A stretch of 64,000 nucleotides of DNA from an uncultured Actinomycetes bacterium (GTDB lineage: Bacteria > Actinomycetota > Actinomycetes > Nanopelagicales > Nanopelagicaceae): positions 489 to 64,488 of the forward strand of contig CAILXX010000007.1 in the NCBI GenBank assembly GCA_903838295.1. Reading direction: 5' to 3'. Positions 1 through 9,294 of this stretch are shown here, in pieces (position 1 is the stretch's first letter; each line of letters starts with the position of its first letter). Below the pieces are notes generated by a model. That model did not search any database. It saw only the letters and a list, made by a program, of their open reading frames with translations, and had not been told where the DNA came from. The translations under genes and the position numbers were made by a program.

Positions 1-1
1 C

Positions 2-1561
2 TACTACGGCACTGGCCACTACAGCCAGGACAATTACACCGCCCTCGTTTCAGGTCAAGCACCACTTTACGATCATCAGATCGACAGCCCAACATACAAG
101 GATGCGGCTGGTTCGGTGATTACTGATAAGACTGATCCAAACTACGGTCAGTTCAAGGCAGCTGGCGATCCATATACACTTCAGGGTTCTGTCTACCCAT
201 CATCAGTTCAAACAATCTTTAATCAGCTCTCTGCAGCTGGTGTCAGCTGGAAGGGATATGCCCAGGATCTTGGAAATTCAGATTCTTCAGGTGCCGCTCA
301 CTCAGTAACAACATGCGGAGCACCCGGTACTGATCCAACCAACAGCCCTGTTGCAAATCCAGGTGGAGCGAATGCTACAGATCAGTATGTTGCAAAGCAC
401 TTCCCACTACCTTGGTTCCACTCCATCATTGATAACGCAAACACAATGTGCGATTCAAAGCACTCAGCGAATATCTTTGACAAGACAAATGGTCTCTACT
501 CAGATCTCCAGAGCGAGTCAACAACGCCAGCGTTCTCTTGGATCTCACCAAATAACTGTTCAGATGCACACGATGCAGTTTGCTACGGAAATAATTTGTC
601 AGGTGGCTGGATTGATCCAAATACACCAGGATCGCCAATCAATTACACAGGCGGTCTTTACGCGGGTGACTTGTTCCTCAAGCACATCATCCCTGAAATC
701 CAAGCATCGCCGGCCTATAAGGATAATGGTCTGATCATTGTCTCATTCGATGAAGGATTCCCTGCGTACTCTTTCACTGGCAATAGCTTCCAGGATTCAG
801 CTACGCCTGCGACTGTCGCGGCTTCACTTGCTGCCGACTCTGCGGGTGAAAATCTCAACGGTAAAAATGTGAACTTCGAGCCAACCGGTCCTAATGCAAT
901 CGTCAAGACCGATGCATCGGGCAATCAGCTCTACCCTGGCCCAGGCTTTAACGCCTTCGTGAATCGTGATCCATCAGTTCCAGGGATCATTATGGGTGGC
1001 GCAGGCCCAATCGCGGCAGCTCGCAACGATAAGGCCGCTACAGCAGATGGAAGCTCTTCATACATTACTGACAACTCGATCTCTTCTGCAGATCTCGGTC
1101 GCACTGTGACTGGAACAAATATTCCAGATGGTGCAACTGTCGGAGCTGTATACAACCTTCCTTCGTGGGCATCCCTTCCAAAGAGTTCAACATCAACATG
1201 CCCAACAGCATGTGCTGTCTCTGGATCATTCCAGCTCTTCGTTAACGGAGTTCCAATGGCACCAACTGGTCCAGTAACTGGAATTACGCTAGGAGCCCGC
1301 ACGGCAGCAACCGATCCGATGTTCGATGCAACCCATGCAACGTTGGGTGGCGGAGATGTTGGAATGGTATTGATCTCAAATTTCAATACTCCGGGAACCA
1401 CAGATTCAACCTTCTATAACCATTACAGCTTTCTGCGTACTCTCGAAGATCTCTTTGGAGTTGCAAAGGCTTCACCTGGTCTCGATGGCAAGGGACACCT
1501 TGGTTTTGCGGCACAAGCTGGTTTGAAGCCATTTGGAAGCGATGTTTTCAACAAGAAGTAA
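2..1561 (+). CDS. Phosphoesterase-family protein (acid phosphatase / phospholipase C type), 5' end outside window
   Basis: Frame 2 is open from nt 2 (YYGTGHYSQDNYTALVSGQAP...) and runs into listed ORF 116..1561, so the start lies upstream of the window. Motifs HYSQDNY, KHFPLPWFHS, SWISPNNCSDAHD and IVSFDEG resemble PF04185 phosphoesterases. Confidence 0.75.
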   Translation, partial: YYGTGHYSQDNYTALVSGQAPLYDHQIDSPTYKDAAGSVITDKTDPNYGQFKAAGDPYTLQGSVYPSSVQTIFNQLSAAGVSWKGYAQDLGNSDSSGAAHSVTTCGAPGTDPTNSPVANPGGANATDQYVAKHFPLPWFHSIIDNANTMCDSKHSANIFDKTNGLYSDLQSESTTPAFSWISPNNCSDAHDAVCYGNNLSGGWIDPNTPGSPINYTGGLYAGDLFLKHIIPEIQASPAYKDNGLIIVSFDEGFPAYSFTGNSFQDSATPATVAASLAADSAGENLNGKNVNFEPTGPNAIVKTDASGNQLYPGPGFNAFVNRDPSVPGIIMGGAGPIAAARNDKAATADGSSSYITDNSISSADLGRTVTGTNIPDGATVGAVYNLPSWASLPKSSTSTCPTACAVSGSFQLFVNGVPMAPTGPVTGITLGARTAATDPMFDATHATLGGGDVGMVLISNFNTPGTTDSTFYNHYSFLRTLEDLFGVAKASPGLDGKGHLGFAAQAGLKPFGSDVFNKK

Positions 1562-2045
1562 GTTCGCAACCGCTGCGATCGTCACAATTGCGCTTGCTGG
1601 GATTATTTTCCCGGCGGGCGCAATTGCCACGCCTACGCCAGCCGTGCCAACAGTCATTAGCGCTAGCCAAGGTCATCCTGTTATGGCGATTCCAGGAGAC
1701 TTTGTTAACGTCACACTGAAAACTGGTGTTACACAAGTACAGATTCTCGGCCCAAAGGTTCCCCAGATCAGTGCAGAAGCTCTACCTGGAGTATTTGTCT
1801 TTACCTTCAGCCAGAAGAGAGGTTCAACTGTGATCGATGTTCGAGATTTTGGAATTCTCGATGGAAATGCGGCGCTTATTCGCCCGGTGAAGTTCGATGA
1901 TGGAAGTAAGAAGTTCACCCTCAAGGTGGGTCAAAGGCGGACCGTGAAGTTAACCGAAGTCATGGCTGTAGGCACCGGGACTCTCAGATGGGCTCCACTC
2001 AATCATTATGTAGCTGACTGGCAATTCGTAGAAGAGACTGCTTAA
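1533..2045 (+). CDS. Hypothetical secreted protein
   Basis: 170-codon ORF with a signal-like N-terminus (KFATAAIVTIALAGIIFPAGAIATP). No family recognised. The start (1533 or 1542) overlaps the upstream gene end. Confidence 0.5.
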   Translation: MEAMFSTRSKFATAAIVTIALAGIIFPAGAIATPTPAVPTVISASQGHPVMAIPGDFVNVTLKTGVTQVQILGPKVPQISAEALPGVFVFTFSQKRGSTVIDVRDFGILDGNAALIRPVKFDDGSKKFTLKVGQRRTVKLTEVMAVGTGTLRWAPLNHYVADWQFVEETA

Positions 2046-2141
2046 CGACTTCGAAGAATCGCGGCGCTGAGATTTGGTACAAGTGGCTCCCTGCTAACAA
2101 TTTGCTAACACGCCACTCTTCTGCATGACAAATGAAGCCAA

Positions 2142-2603
2142 TTAACCAGTGGGCTTCGCATCCCAGATTGTTTTTTTAACGACGGCAAATGAAGCCCAGG
2201 TTAAATTTGGCCAAGGAGCAACCATTCCTTTTTTAATGTGATTCTTGCCGAGCCCCAGCAATTCAGTATGGACCTCAAATATTGCCCGCATATCTTCAAA
2301 ATCGTAATCAATCGCAATCTTCGCCATTGATAATGCATAATTTTTGATAATTTCTTCAGCTGATTCATTTTCATCAGAGAAATCTTTTGGAAAATCAATT
2401 GGCAAATTAACCAAGAGAGTTAGGTTGGCCATGTGTGCAAATTGCCAAGGTTCACAAACTGATAAGTCAGCCTTCCAACCACTCTCAATTACATCATTTG
2501 CTGACTCACGAAAATTAGAGTTCCATGTATCTACAATATAAAAAGTGATGTCTTCCCAAGTATCACTCTTAGATACTGCGGCCATAAATAGATTTCCGTT
2601 CAT
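2142..2603 (-). CDS. Hypothetical acidic cytoplasmic protein
   Basis: 153-codon ORF in a visibly AT-rich stretch with no TM or signal segment. No family recognised. Confidence 0.5.
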   Translation of the reverse strand: MNGNLFMAAVSKSDTWEDITFYIVDTWNSNFRESANDVIESGWKADLSVCEPWQFAHMANLTLLVNLPIDFPKDFSDENESAEEIIKNYALSMAKIAIDYDFEDMRAIFEVHTELLGLGKNHIKKGMVAPWPNLTWASFAVVKKTIWDAKPTG

Positions 2604-2717
2604 ACAATTTAGCGTACCTTATGTTTCTGAGGAAAAAATGAGTAAGACGGGTGTAGAAACTTAGGGAGTGATAGAACTCACTTTTCTCAATTCTTGTACA
2701 GGGTGAACCCTTAGTTT

Positions 2718-3950
2718 TTATGGTTGGACTGTGAGATTTGTCGCTACATATTTGGTGATTGATTTGGAGCTGAGCCGCTTGTACCCAGTTGGGCAAGTAT
2801 TTGTAGTAACAGATTTTTTTACTTTTCCTTTTTGACAGACTAATTGAGTCACCTTCACCGCTTTATATAGCGTTGTAAAAGTAGGTGTAGGGGTCGCAGT
2901 CGGTGCAGCACTTATGGTCGGTGCAACTACTACTGGTTGTGCTTGTGGTTGTTGCGGAGTTTGTGACGGTCCACCCATTCCAGGCATTGGTGCCATGCCA
3001 CCTTGTTGTTGTGGGCCACCCATGCCAGGCATTGGTGCCATGCCACCTTGTTGTTGTGGGCCACCCATGCCAGGCATTGGTGCCATGCCACCTTGTTGTT
3101 GGCTACCTGACTTAGAAATTGTTGAAGTTCCGGTGAAGCAATTGATAGTGGATCTATTACTTTTCTCTTCGGTTAAGACATAGTGGTAGACACCTGCCGG
3201 AAATTCTGGGGTGGGACTGGTAATACCGTTACATGAATCTAATTGTGTGGATGAGATAATTTTTCCGCTGATGTCTCTATCGCCATATATAAGGAATCCA
3301 TCAAATGCGATACCTAATATGTGTGAAGGTCCACCAACTTTATCAATAACCGAAGTTACACATGGTGGCATACCGTGATAGTGATACATCCCCCCCATTC
3401 CCGGGTGGCCATTACATGTATCAAGAAAGCCCCACTTCACACCGTTGGTATCGGTTAAGTAAACATTGTTACCTACGGCGACCGTTTTGCCATCGCCTTC
3501 AAAGGGATTATAGAGAACTGCGCCGTTCACCAATATTCCAATTGGTCCCAATGTAGTTGTTGTTGGAGCCGAAGCCTTTGTCGGGCTTAGAGTGATCGAA
3601 TAATTTAAATTTTGTTTTGAGACTAAATGAGTTGCAAAATCTAATGTTACGTCAGAGGCACTTGTCGGAACTACGATTCCTGCATTCGGCTTGGCATATT
3701 TTTCTGCCATCCAGTTAGGAATGCCATCAGAGGCAATGCTGACGTTATCTCCGGAGAAATTAACCGTTACACTGCTAAACCATGATGCTTGGCTGATGGC
3801 AGTTTGTTGTAAAGAGGCAGCATTACTTTCCGGTGCGGATGAAATCGACATTGTCAATAGCAGCACGAGCGATAGGAAAAGTGAGGGTAATTTAGCATTT
3901 CTGAAATCGGTGCGAACTTGCAAACGTAGATTTCTCATATTTCTCCCCAA
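2718..3950 (-). CDS. Secreted YHYH-domain protein with (QQQGGMAPMPGMGGP)x3 repeat and Pro/Thr-rich tail
   Basis: Signal peptide LPSLFLSLVLLLTMSISSAPESNA. Motif GHPGMGGMYHYHGMPPC is typical of the YHYH domain. An internal triple 15-aa repeat is encoded by a 45-bp tandem repeat. Confidence 0.8.
   Translation of the reverse strand: MGRNMRNLRLQVRTDFRNAKLPSLFLSLVLLLTMSISSAPESNAASLQQTAISQASWFSSVTVNFSGDNVSIASDGIPNWMAEKYAKPNAGIVVPTSASDVTLDFATHLVSKQNLNYSITLSPTKASAPTTTTLGPIGILVNGAVLYNPFEGDGKTVAVGNNVYLTDTNGVKWGFLDTCNGHPGMGGMYHYHGMPPCVTSVIDKVGGPSHILGIAFDGFLIYGDRDISGKIISSTQLDSCNGITSPTPEFPAGVYHYVLTEEKSNRSTINCFTGTSTISKSGSQQQGGMAPMPGMGGPQQQGGMAPMPGMGGPQQQGGMAPMPGMGGPSQTPQQPQAQPVVVAPTISAAPTATPTPTFTTLYKAVKVTQLVCQKGKVKKSVTTNTCPTGYKRLSSKSITKYVATNLTVQP
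2971..3102. repeat. 45-bp tandem repeat, 2.9 copies, in-frame inside the YHYH gene
   Basis: Units at 2971-3015, 3016-3060 and 3061-3102. Units 1 and 2 differ at one base (t/g at position 9) and unit 3 is identical to unit 2 until it truncates. Confidence 0.95.
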
Positions 3951-3965
3951 CGGTCTATCCGGACT

Positions 3966-3995
3966 TTGACAAGTTTAGGGTCAAATAGGTAAAGT
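3966..3995 (+). promoter_or_regulatory. Candidate sigma-70-type promoter for the 4025 gene
   Basis: TTGACA (3966-3971), an 18-nt spacer, then TAAAGT (3990-3995), about 30 nt upstream of the ATG. Confidence 0.4.
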
Positions 3996-4024
3996 TTTCA
4001 TGTCGAGGGTCGACAACGGAAAGG

Positions 4025-4363
4025 ATGGTTTTGCAAATGGCCAAATTAATTGAAGTATGGAAATGGCAAGCAGCACCTACGGTTAACCCCAATGACATTA
4101 AGACGGATGTACGAGCACTTCGCGACATATTGCTCAGCCATGGTGCGACATGGGTTTCACTATATAGTGGTTCCTATGGGGATGACGATAGAAGTTGGAT
4201 TGTCACAATCGAGCATGCAAGCAGCGAAGCATGGGGTAAATATCATGACAAGCAACGCGAATGGCAAGCAACTCCTGAAGCTCAAAAAATGTTCTCTTCA
4301 CTGAAAGTTAACCCACCTATTTCTTGGGTTGGCACAGGATTGTTGGTCGAAGAGACTATTTAA
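4025..4363 (+). CDS. Hypothetical small protein
   Basis: 112-codon ORF with an alternative ATG at 4037 (MAKLIE...). No family recognised. It is followed by a strong hairpin. Confidence 0.55.
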   Translation: MVLQMAKLIEVWKWQAAPTVNPNDIKTDVRALRDILLSHGATWVSLYSGSYGDDDRSWIVTIEHASSEAWGKYHDKQREWQATPEAQKMFSSLKVNPPISWVGTGLLVEETI

Positions 4364-4371
4364 AAATTACT

Positions 4372-4410
4372 TAATAATCCCGCTACTCAGAAATAGTAGC
4401 GGGATTATTA
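4372..4410. terminator. Perfect 16-bp stem hairpin (terminator-like, no U-tract on the + strand)
   Basis: taataatcccgctact / cagaaat / agtagcgggattatta, beginning 9 nt after the stop of the 4025..4363 gene. A T-run is present only on the minus-strand side. Confidence 0.55.
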
Positions 4411-4577
4411 GTCAGACCAAATACCGTTTTGTACGGCCCTTGTAGTTGCCACGCGTACCAGCTGTGGCGAAGCAATGCGCTGCACGCCAGCAAATAGTTC
4501 ATTTCAGGTAAAAATAAAGGTGATTCGCTAGAAACTACGCTCATTGAGTGTCGGGGGCTCACCGATAGACTCATCCC

Positions 4578-6611
4578 ATGTCTCAGGCACTGCCGTACCC
4601 ATCGGCACCGGCGCACTCGGAATCCCGAAGTGTTCTGGCGATCCCTGCCTTTCGTAAGTTATGGAAGAGCATGGCATTCTCCTCGTTTGGAGATTGGCTT
4701 GGCCTTCTAGCGACCACTGCACTTGCACAAGAACTCGCTGGTGGCAATTACAAGAAAGCCAACTTTGCAATCGCCGGTGTTTTCATCGTCCGATTACTGC
4801 CCGCAGTTTTACTGGGTCCAATTGCTGGGGTGATCGCGGATCGATTCGACCGTCGGCGCTTAATGATTTTCTGTGACATATTCCGATTTGGTTTTTATGC
4901 ATCAATCCCAATTATTCATAATTATCTCTGGCTGTATACGGCCACTGTGATCGTTGAAGCGATCACACTTTTCTGGTCGCCCGCAAAAGAAGCATCGGTT
5001 CCCAATCTTGTTCCTAAAGATAAATTAGAATCTGCTAATCAGATGACCCTGCTTGCAAGTTATGGCAGCGCACCTGTCGCGGCTTTGATGTTCTCACTTT
5101 TAGCTGGTGTAGCGGCCACTATCTCTTCATTTACCAGCAAGAGATATGCATCTACCGCTGATCTAGCCCTTTATATTGATGCAATTTCATTCTTATATAC
5201 GGCTTGGGTTGTCTACCAATTGCAGAGTATTCCAAAAGGTGCGGCTTCAAAGTCGGCCGTCAATGACAATATTGGAAAGTCATTATTCGAAGGTTTCAAA
5301 TTTGCTACTCAATCAAAAATTATCAGTGGTTTGATCTTTGGAATGCTTGGTGCCTTCTTTGCCGCCGGCGCTGTCATCGGTCTTGCCCGTACCTTTGTTG
5401 GTGACCTAAACGCCGGTGATGCTGCTTACGGAATTCTCTTTGCCGCGGTCTTCACAGGTCTAGCTTTGGGTATCTGGCTTGGTCCAAAAATTTTTAGTCA
5501 ATTCTCCCGCCGGCGTATCTTTGGTGCATCCCTTACGGTCTCTTCATTTTTCTTAATTATTCTTGCCACGGTTTCTAATATCGTTCTAGCAATCTTGCTA
5601 ACAATCATTCTTGGCGCATTTGCTGGACTCTCTTGGGTTACAGGCTTCACAATGCTTGGAATGGAAGTTGAGGACGAAGTACGTGGTCGGATCTTTGCCT
5701 TTGTACAGTCACTGATTCGAATCTCATTAGTCTTGGTACTCGCAATTTCGCCGGTGCTTGCAGCTGCAATTGGCCGTCACAGTTTTGTTATTAACCACAT
5801 ACATCTACATTACAGCGGCGCTGCCTTCACGATGTTTGGTGCCGGAATTATCGGTTTGATCGTTGGAATTGTCTCCTACAAGCGCATGAAGGATCGCCCC
5901 AAGGTCTCGTTCTTTTCAGATGTACGTGCGGCATTTAGAGGCGAACTAGGTGGGACCACGGAGACAAGTCGAAAAGGCGTCTTCATCGCCTTTGAGGGTG
6001 GTGAGGGATCTGGGAAATCAACTCAAGCCGAATTATTGAAAACATATTTGGAATCAATTGGTGAAATTGTTGTTGTCAGTCGTGAACCTGGCGGAACTCC
6101 ATTGGGCAAACAACTACGGAAGATATTGTTGGATCCTGCGACTGGTGCAATCTCGCCAAGGTCAGAGGCTTTGCTATATGCAGCGGATCGCGCCAACCAT
6201 GTTTTCTCGTTAGTTCACCCCGCTTTAGAACGTGGTGATGTTGTAATTACTGATCGCTACATTGATTCTTCTATTGCGTATCAAGGTGCAGGTCGCGTTC
6301 TGCAACCCGCAGAAGTTGCACGGATATCGCGATGGGCCACAGAATCACTGACACCCACCCTGACTATTATCATGGATGTGCCAGCAGAAATTGGATTGAG
6401 CCGTCTCAACGGTGCTGACCGACTGGAACAAGAACCATTAATTTTTCATGAGCGTGTACGTCGAGAATTTTTAAATTTGGCCAACGTTGATCCCGAACGT
6501 TATTTTGTTGTTGATGCTACGCAATCAAAAGAAAATATTGCAGAACAAGTAGCAGAACGTGTTTCTTTGATACCTTCTCTGCGCATCAATCGTGATAAGA
6601 ACAAGAAGTAA
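4578..6611 (+). CDS. tmk: Fusion protein: N-terminal MFS transporter domain and C-terminal thymidylate (dTMP) kinase
   Basis: Single uninterrupted 677-codon ORF. Residues 1-450 are polytopic and hydrophobic (MFS-like). The C-terminal ~210 aa carry the Tmk P-loop FIAFEGGEGSGKSTQ, plus REPGGTPLG and DRYIDSSIAYQG. holB follows 3 nt later. Confidence 0.9.
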   Translation: MSQALPYPSAPAHSESRSVLAIPAFRKLWKSMAFSSFGDWLGLLATTALAQELAGGNYKKANFAIAGVFIVRLLPAVLLGPIAGVIADRFDRRRLMIFCDIFRFGFYASIPIIHNYLWLYTATVIVEAITLFWSPAKEASVPNLVPKDKLESANQMTLLASYGSAPVAALMFSLLAGVAATISSFTSKRYASTADLALYIDAISFLYTAWVVYQLQSIPKGAASKSAVNDNIGKSLFEGFKFATQSKIISGLIFGMLGAFFAAGAVIGLARTFVGDLNAGDAAYGILFAAVFTGLALGIWLGPKIFSQFSRRRIFGASLTVSSFFLIILATVSNIVLAILLTIILGAFAGLSWVTGFTMLGMEVEDEVRGRIFAFVQSLIRISLVLVLAISPVLAAAIGRHSFVINHIHLHYSGAAFTMFGAGIIGLIVGIVSYKRMKDRPKVSFFSDVRAAFRGELGGTTETSRKGVFIAFEGGEGSGKSTQAELLKTYLESIGEIVVVSREPGGTPLGKQLRKILLDPATGAISPRSEALLYAADRANHVFSLVHPALERGDVVITDRYIDSSIAYQGAGRVLQPAEVARISRWATESLTPTLTIIMDVPAEIGLSRLNGADRLEQEPLIFHERVRREFLNLANVDPERYFVVDATQSKENIAEQVAERVSLIPSLRINRDKNKK

Positions 6612-6614
6612 TAG

Positions 6615-7763
6615 ATGTCAGTTTTTGAAAGTTTGGTAGATCAGGAAGAGACTATTGCTATTTTAAAAAGTGCTGTAGTCGCGGCAAAGCAGAACGAAGA
6701 CGAATCGCAGGATATGACCCACGCGTGGTTGTTTACTGGGCCACCAGGATCGGGACGTAGCAACGCAGCACTTGCCTTTGCTGCCTCTTTGGTCTGCAAG
6801 GATTCTGGTTGTAATAATTGTGTCGATTGCACCACGGCGCTCAAAGGTGCTCACGCAGATGTAGAACTCATTAAGACCGAGGGATTGTCGATCAAGATTG
6901 ACGAGATCCGCGAATTAATCACTAGGGCCTCATGGACGCCAGCTGTGGCGGAGTATCGAGTTGTGGTCATAGAGGATGCAGATCGATTGACCGAATCTGC
7001 GGCTAATGCGCTGCTCAAAGCCATCGAAGAGCCCGGATTGCGCACTGTTTGGTTGCTTTGTGCTCCTACATTGAGCGATGTCTTGCCCACGATTCGATCA
7101 CGTACGCGTAATCTGATTTTGCGGACTCCTTCTATTAAGGCTGTCGTTCAATTGTTACAAAACGAACAAATCCAGCCTGCAACCGCCGAATTAGCGGCCC
7201 GAGCTTCACAGGGGCATATTGGCCGGGCACGTTTTTTAGCGAACAATCCAGAAGCTAGGACACGTCGGACAGATATCTTGAAATTGCCACTAACAATCAC
7301 TGATATTGCCTCTGCATTTAAGTGCGCCCAGTTGTTGGTAGATGCCGCCAAACGCGAAGCAGAAGCAGAAGCAGAGAAACGAAATGATGTCGAGACCAGC
7401 GCTCTTAAAGAAGCTTGGGGTCAGCAAGGTAGTCGTGTTGTTCAGGGCGGTGCTAAAGCTGTTAAAGAATTAGAGAAAGAGCAAAAGTCACGTCAGACGA
7501 GAATGGTCAGGGATTATTTAGATCGCGCACTACTCGATATCGCAACTTTTTATAGGGATACCCTTTTATTACAGAGCGGCACTCATGGTCAGGATTCGCT
7601 CATAAATTCGGATATGTTTAGAGAATTGCAGATTATTGCGGGCAATACCAAGGCAGAAGATACTTTAAGAAAGTTAGAGGCGATCATGAAAACCCGCACT
7701 AATCTTTCTCATAATGCTGCGCCACTTTTAACCATCGAGGCCATGATGGTGCAATTGCGTTGA
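6615..7763 (+). CDS. holB: DNA polymerase III subunit delta'
   Basis: AAA+ clamp-loader motifs HAWLFTGPPGSGRS, a Cys cluster CKDSGCNNCVDC and SRTR (TIRSRTR). Conserved tmk-holB order. Confidence 0.9.
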   Translation: MSVFESLVDQEETIAILKSAVVAAKQNEDESQDMTHAWLFTGPPGSGRSNAALAFAASLVCKDSGCNNCVDCTTALKGAHADVELIKTEGLSIKIDEIRELITRASWTPAVAEYRVVVIEDADRLTESAANALLKAIEEPGLRTVWLLCAPTLSDVLPTIRSRTRNLILRTPSIKAVVQLLQNEQIQPATAELAARASQGHIGRARFLANNPEARTRRTDILKLPLTITDIASAFKCAQLLVDAAKREAEAEAEKRNDVETSALKEAWGQQGSRVVQGGAKAVKELEKEQKSRQTRMVRDYLDRALLDIATFYRDTLLLQSGTHGQDSLINSDMFRELQIIAGNTKAEDTLRKLEAIMKTRTNLSHNAAPLLTIEAMMVQLR

Positions 7764-9241
7764 AAAAACTTTTTGCAGTATTTGCTTCAATTACAGCGCT
7801 CCTGTTGGCATCTCTACTCCCGGCACAAGCGTCACAGATATGGACCCTTCAGAAATTCCAACAGCAATCCCTGAACTGGAAAGCTTGCGATCAAGGTTTT
7901 TATTGTGCAAGTTACCAAGTACCGGTTGATTACAACCATATTGATTCCAATACTTTTACGCTCCAGGTCTTAAAGCACCCAGCAAATACTCCAACGAAAA
8001 AAATTGGTACTTTGATCCTCAACCCTGGCGGCCCTGGTGGTTCGGGCGTGGATTACGCCTACAACGCCGATACGGATGTCTCTAAAAGCATTGAAAATGT
8101 CTATGATTTGGTGGGTTTCGATCCCCGCGGCGTAAATTTAAGCCAGCCAATTAGATGCTTGAATGATAAGCAAGAAGATGATTTCTTATCAAATAACGGC
8201 ACCGTACAGAGTCAGGCAGATCTCAGTGGTGCGATAGCAAGCAGCCAAATGATAGCTAAAGCCTGCGCGCAAGCAGCGGGAAATAGATTGGGTCATTACT
8301 CCACGTTAGAAACTGCTAAAGATATGGAAATCCTACGTATCTTGTTGCACGAGCCACTTTTAAATTATTTAGGAAAGTCCTACGGTACATATCTTGGCAC
8401 TTTATATGCGGCGCTGTATCCACTAACCACTGGCAAAATAGTTTTAGATGGCGCTGTTGATCCCAACGTACCTATTCGAGATCAAAACTTGGTGCAAGCG
8501 GTTGGATTTGATTCAGCTCTTAAATCGTTTATTTCAGCAAGCTCAACCATTTCTCTTAAAAATATTCAAGATTTCTTACGGAAGAGCCGAACTAAACCAT
8601 TGCAGAATATGCATGGCCGCTCTTTGACAGAGTCACTGGTAATCACGTCGATTGCTGCAAGTCTTTATGATCCTGAGCAAGGTTGGCCAGAATTAACTAA
8701 GTCACTCACTGAAGCATTCAATGGGAATAATCCCACAGGTCTATTTGCGCTCGCAGATTCTTACAACGAACGAGATGATGCGGGCCACTATGTTTCTAAT
8801 CAGACCGATATCGCCGAGGTCATTTCCTGCCTTGATTTTTCTGATACAAGGTCTATCGCAGCTTTGCAAAAGGATGCACCTAATTTCACGAAAGCTGCAC
8901 CAATCTTTGGTCCTTATCTTGCTTACTCTGGCTTGCCATGTCATTTCTGGAAAGCCTCCGCTGTCACACCACCCCTCATGAGAAATTTGAAAACTAACCC
9001 GTTACTGATTATCGGTACAACTCGCGATCCGGCTACGCCGTATCAATGGGCACAGGGGTTACGGAAAGACTTTTTGAACAGCACCTTGATCACCCTCAAC
9101 GGTGACGGCCATACCGGCGCCAACCGGGGAAGTAGCTGCGTGGACAATGCCATGAATACCTATTTATTAACGGGGAAAGTGCCCTTCAAGGATCTGATAT
9201 GCGAACTAGACCCCAAGAAAGTCGCCGTAACCAACGCATAA
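7760..9241 (+). CDS. Secreted alpha/beta hydrolase, tripeptidyl-aminopeptidase (TAP/S33)-like
   Basis: TTG start overlapping the holB stop (TTGA). Signal peptide MKKLFAVFASITALLLASLLPAQA. Motifs LNPGGPGGSG and the nucleophile elbow GKSYGT. Confidence 0.8.
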   Translation: MKKLFAVFASITALLLASLLPAQASQIWTLQKFQQQSLNWKACDQGFYCASYQVPVDYNHIDSNTFTLQVLKHPANTPTKKIGTLILNPGGPGGSGVDYAYNADTDVSKSIENVYDLVGFDPRGVNLSQPIRCLNDKQEDDFLSNNGTVQSQADLSGAIASSQMIAKACAQAAGNRLGHYSTLETAKDMEILRILLHEPLLNYLGKSYGTYLGTLYAALYPLTTGKIVLDGAVDPNVPIRDQNLVQAVGFDSALKSFISASSTISLKNIQDFLRKSRTKPLQNMHGRSLTESLVITSIAASLYDPEQGWPELTKSLTEAFNGNNPTGLFALADSYNERDDAGHYVSNQTDIAEVISCLDFSDTRSIAALQKDAPNFTKAAPIFGPYLAYSGLPCHFWKASAVTPPLMRNLKTNPLLIIGTTRDPATPYQWAQGLRKDFLNSTLITLNGDGHTGANRGSSCVDNAMNTYLLTGKVPFKDLICELDPKKVAVTNA

Positions 9242-9294
9242 GCCGTGCTTGGCCGTGGTAATTAGCACCCCTTTGGATAAGGCATTATTTCCCT

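Noticed and set aside
931-1401. Long antisense or embedded ORFs in the track (for example 931..1401, 13090..13515, 39029..39481, 41912..42388, 48838..49290, 53785..54237, 61156..61590)
   Set aside because: Each lies entirely inside a family-recognisable gene on the other strand or frame. Each has low-complexity or Arg/Ser/Pro-rich composition typical of shadow ORFs, and lacks start-site signals.
2971-3102. Tandem repeat considered as a possible CRISPR array
   Set aside because: The units are directly adjacent with no spacers. There are only 2.9 copies, they are in frame inside a well-supported coding sequence, and no cas genes are in the window.
4411-4565. Possible riboswitch or sRNA in the 215-nt gap upstream of MFS-tmk
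   Set aside because: Only short 5-bp hairpins are present. There is no resemblance to riboswitch cores I know, and the gene appears leaderless (TAGACT-N6-ATG), which leaves no 5' UTR for a cis-regulatory RNA. An independent sRNA cannot be excluded.
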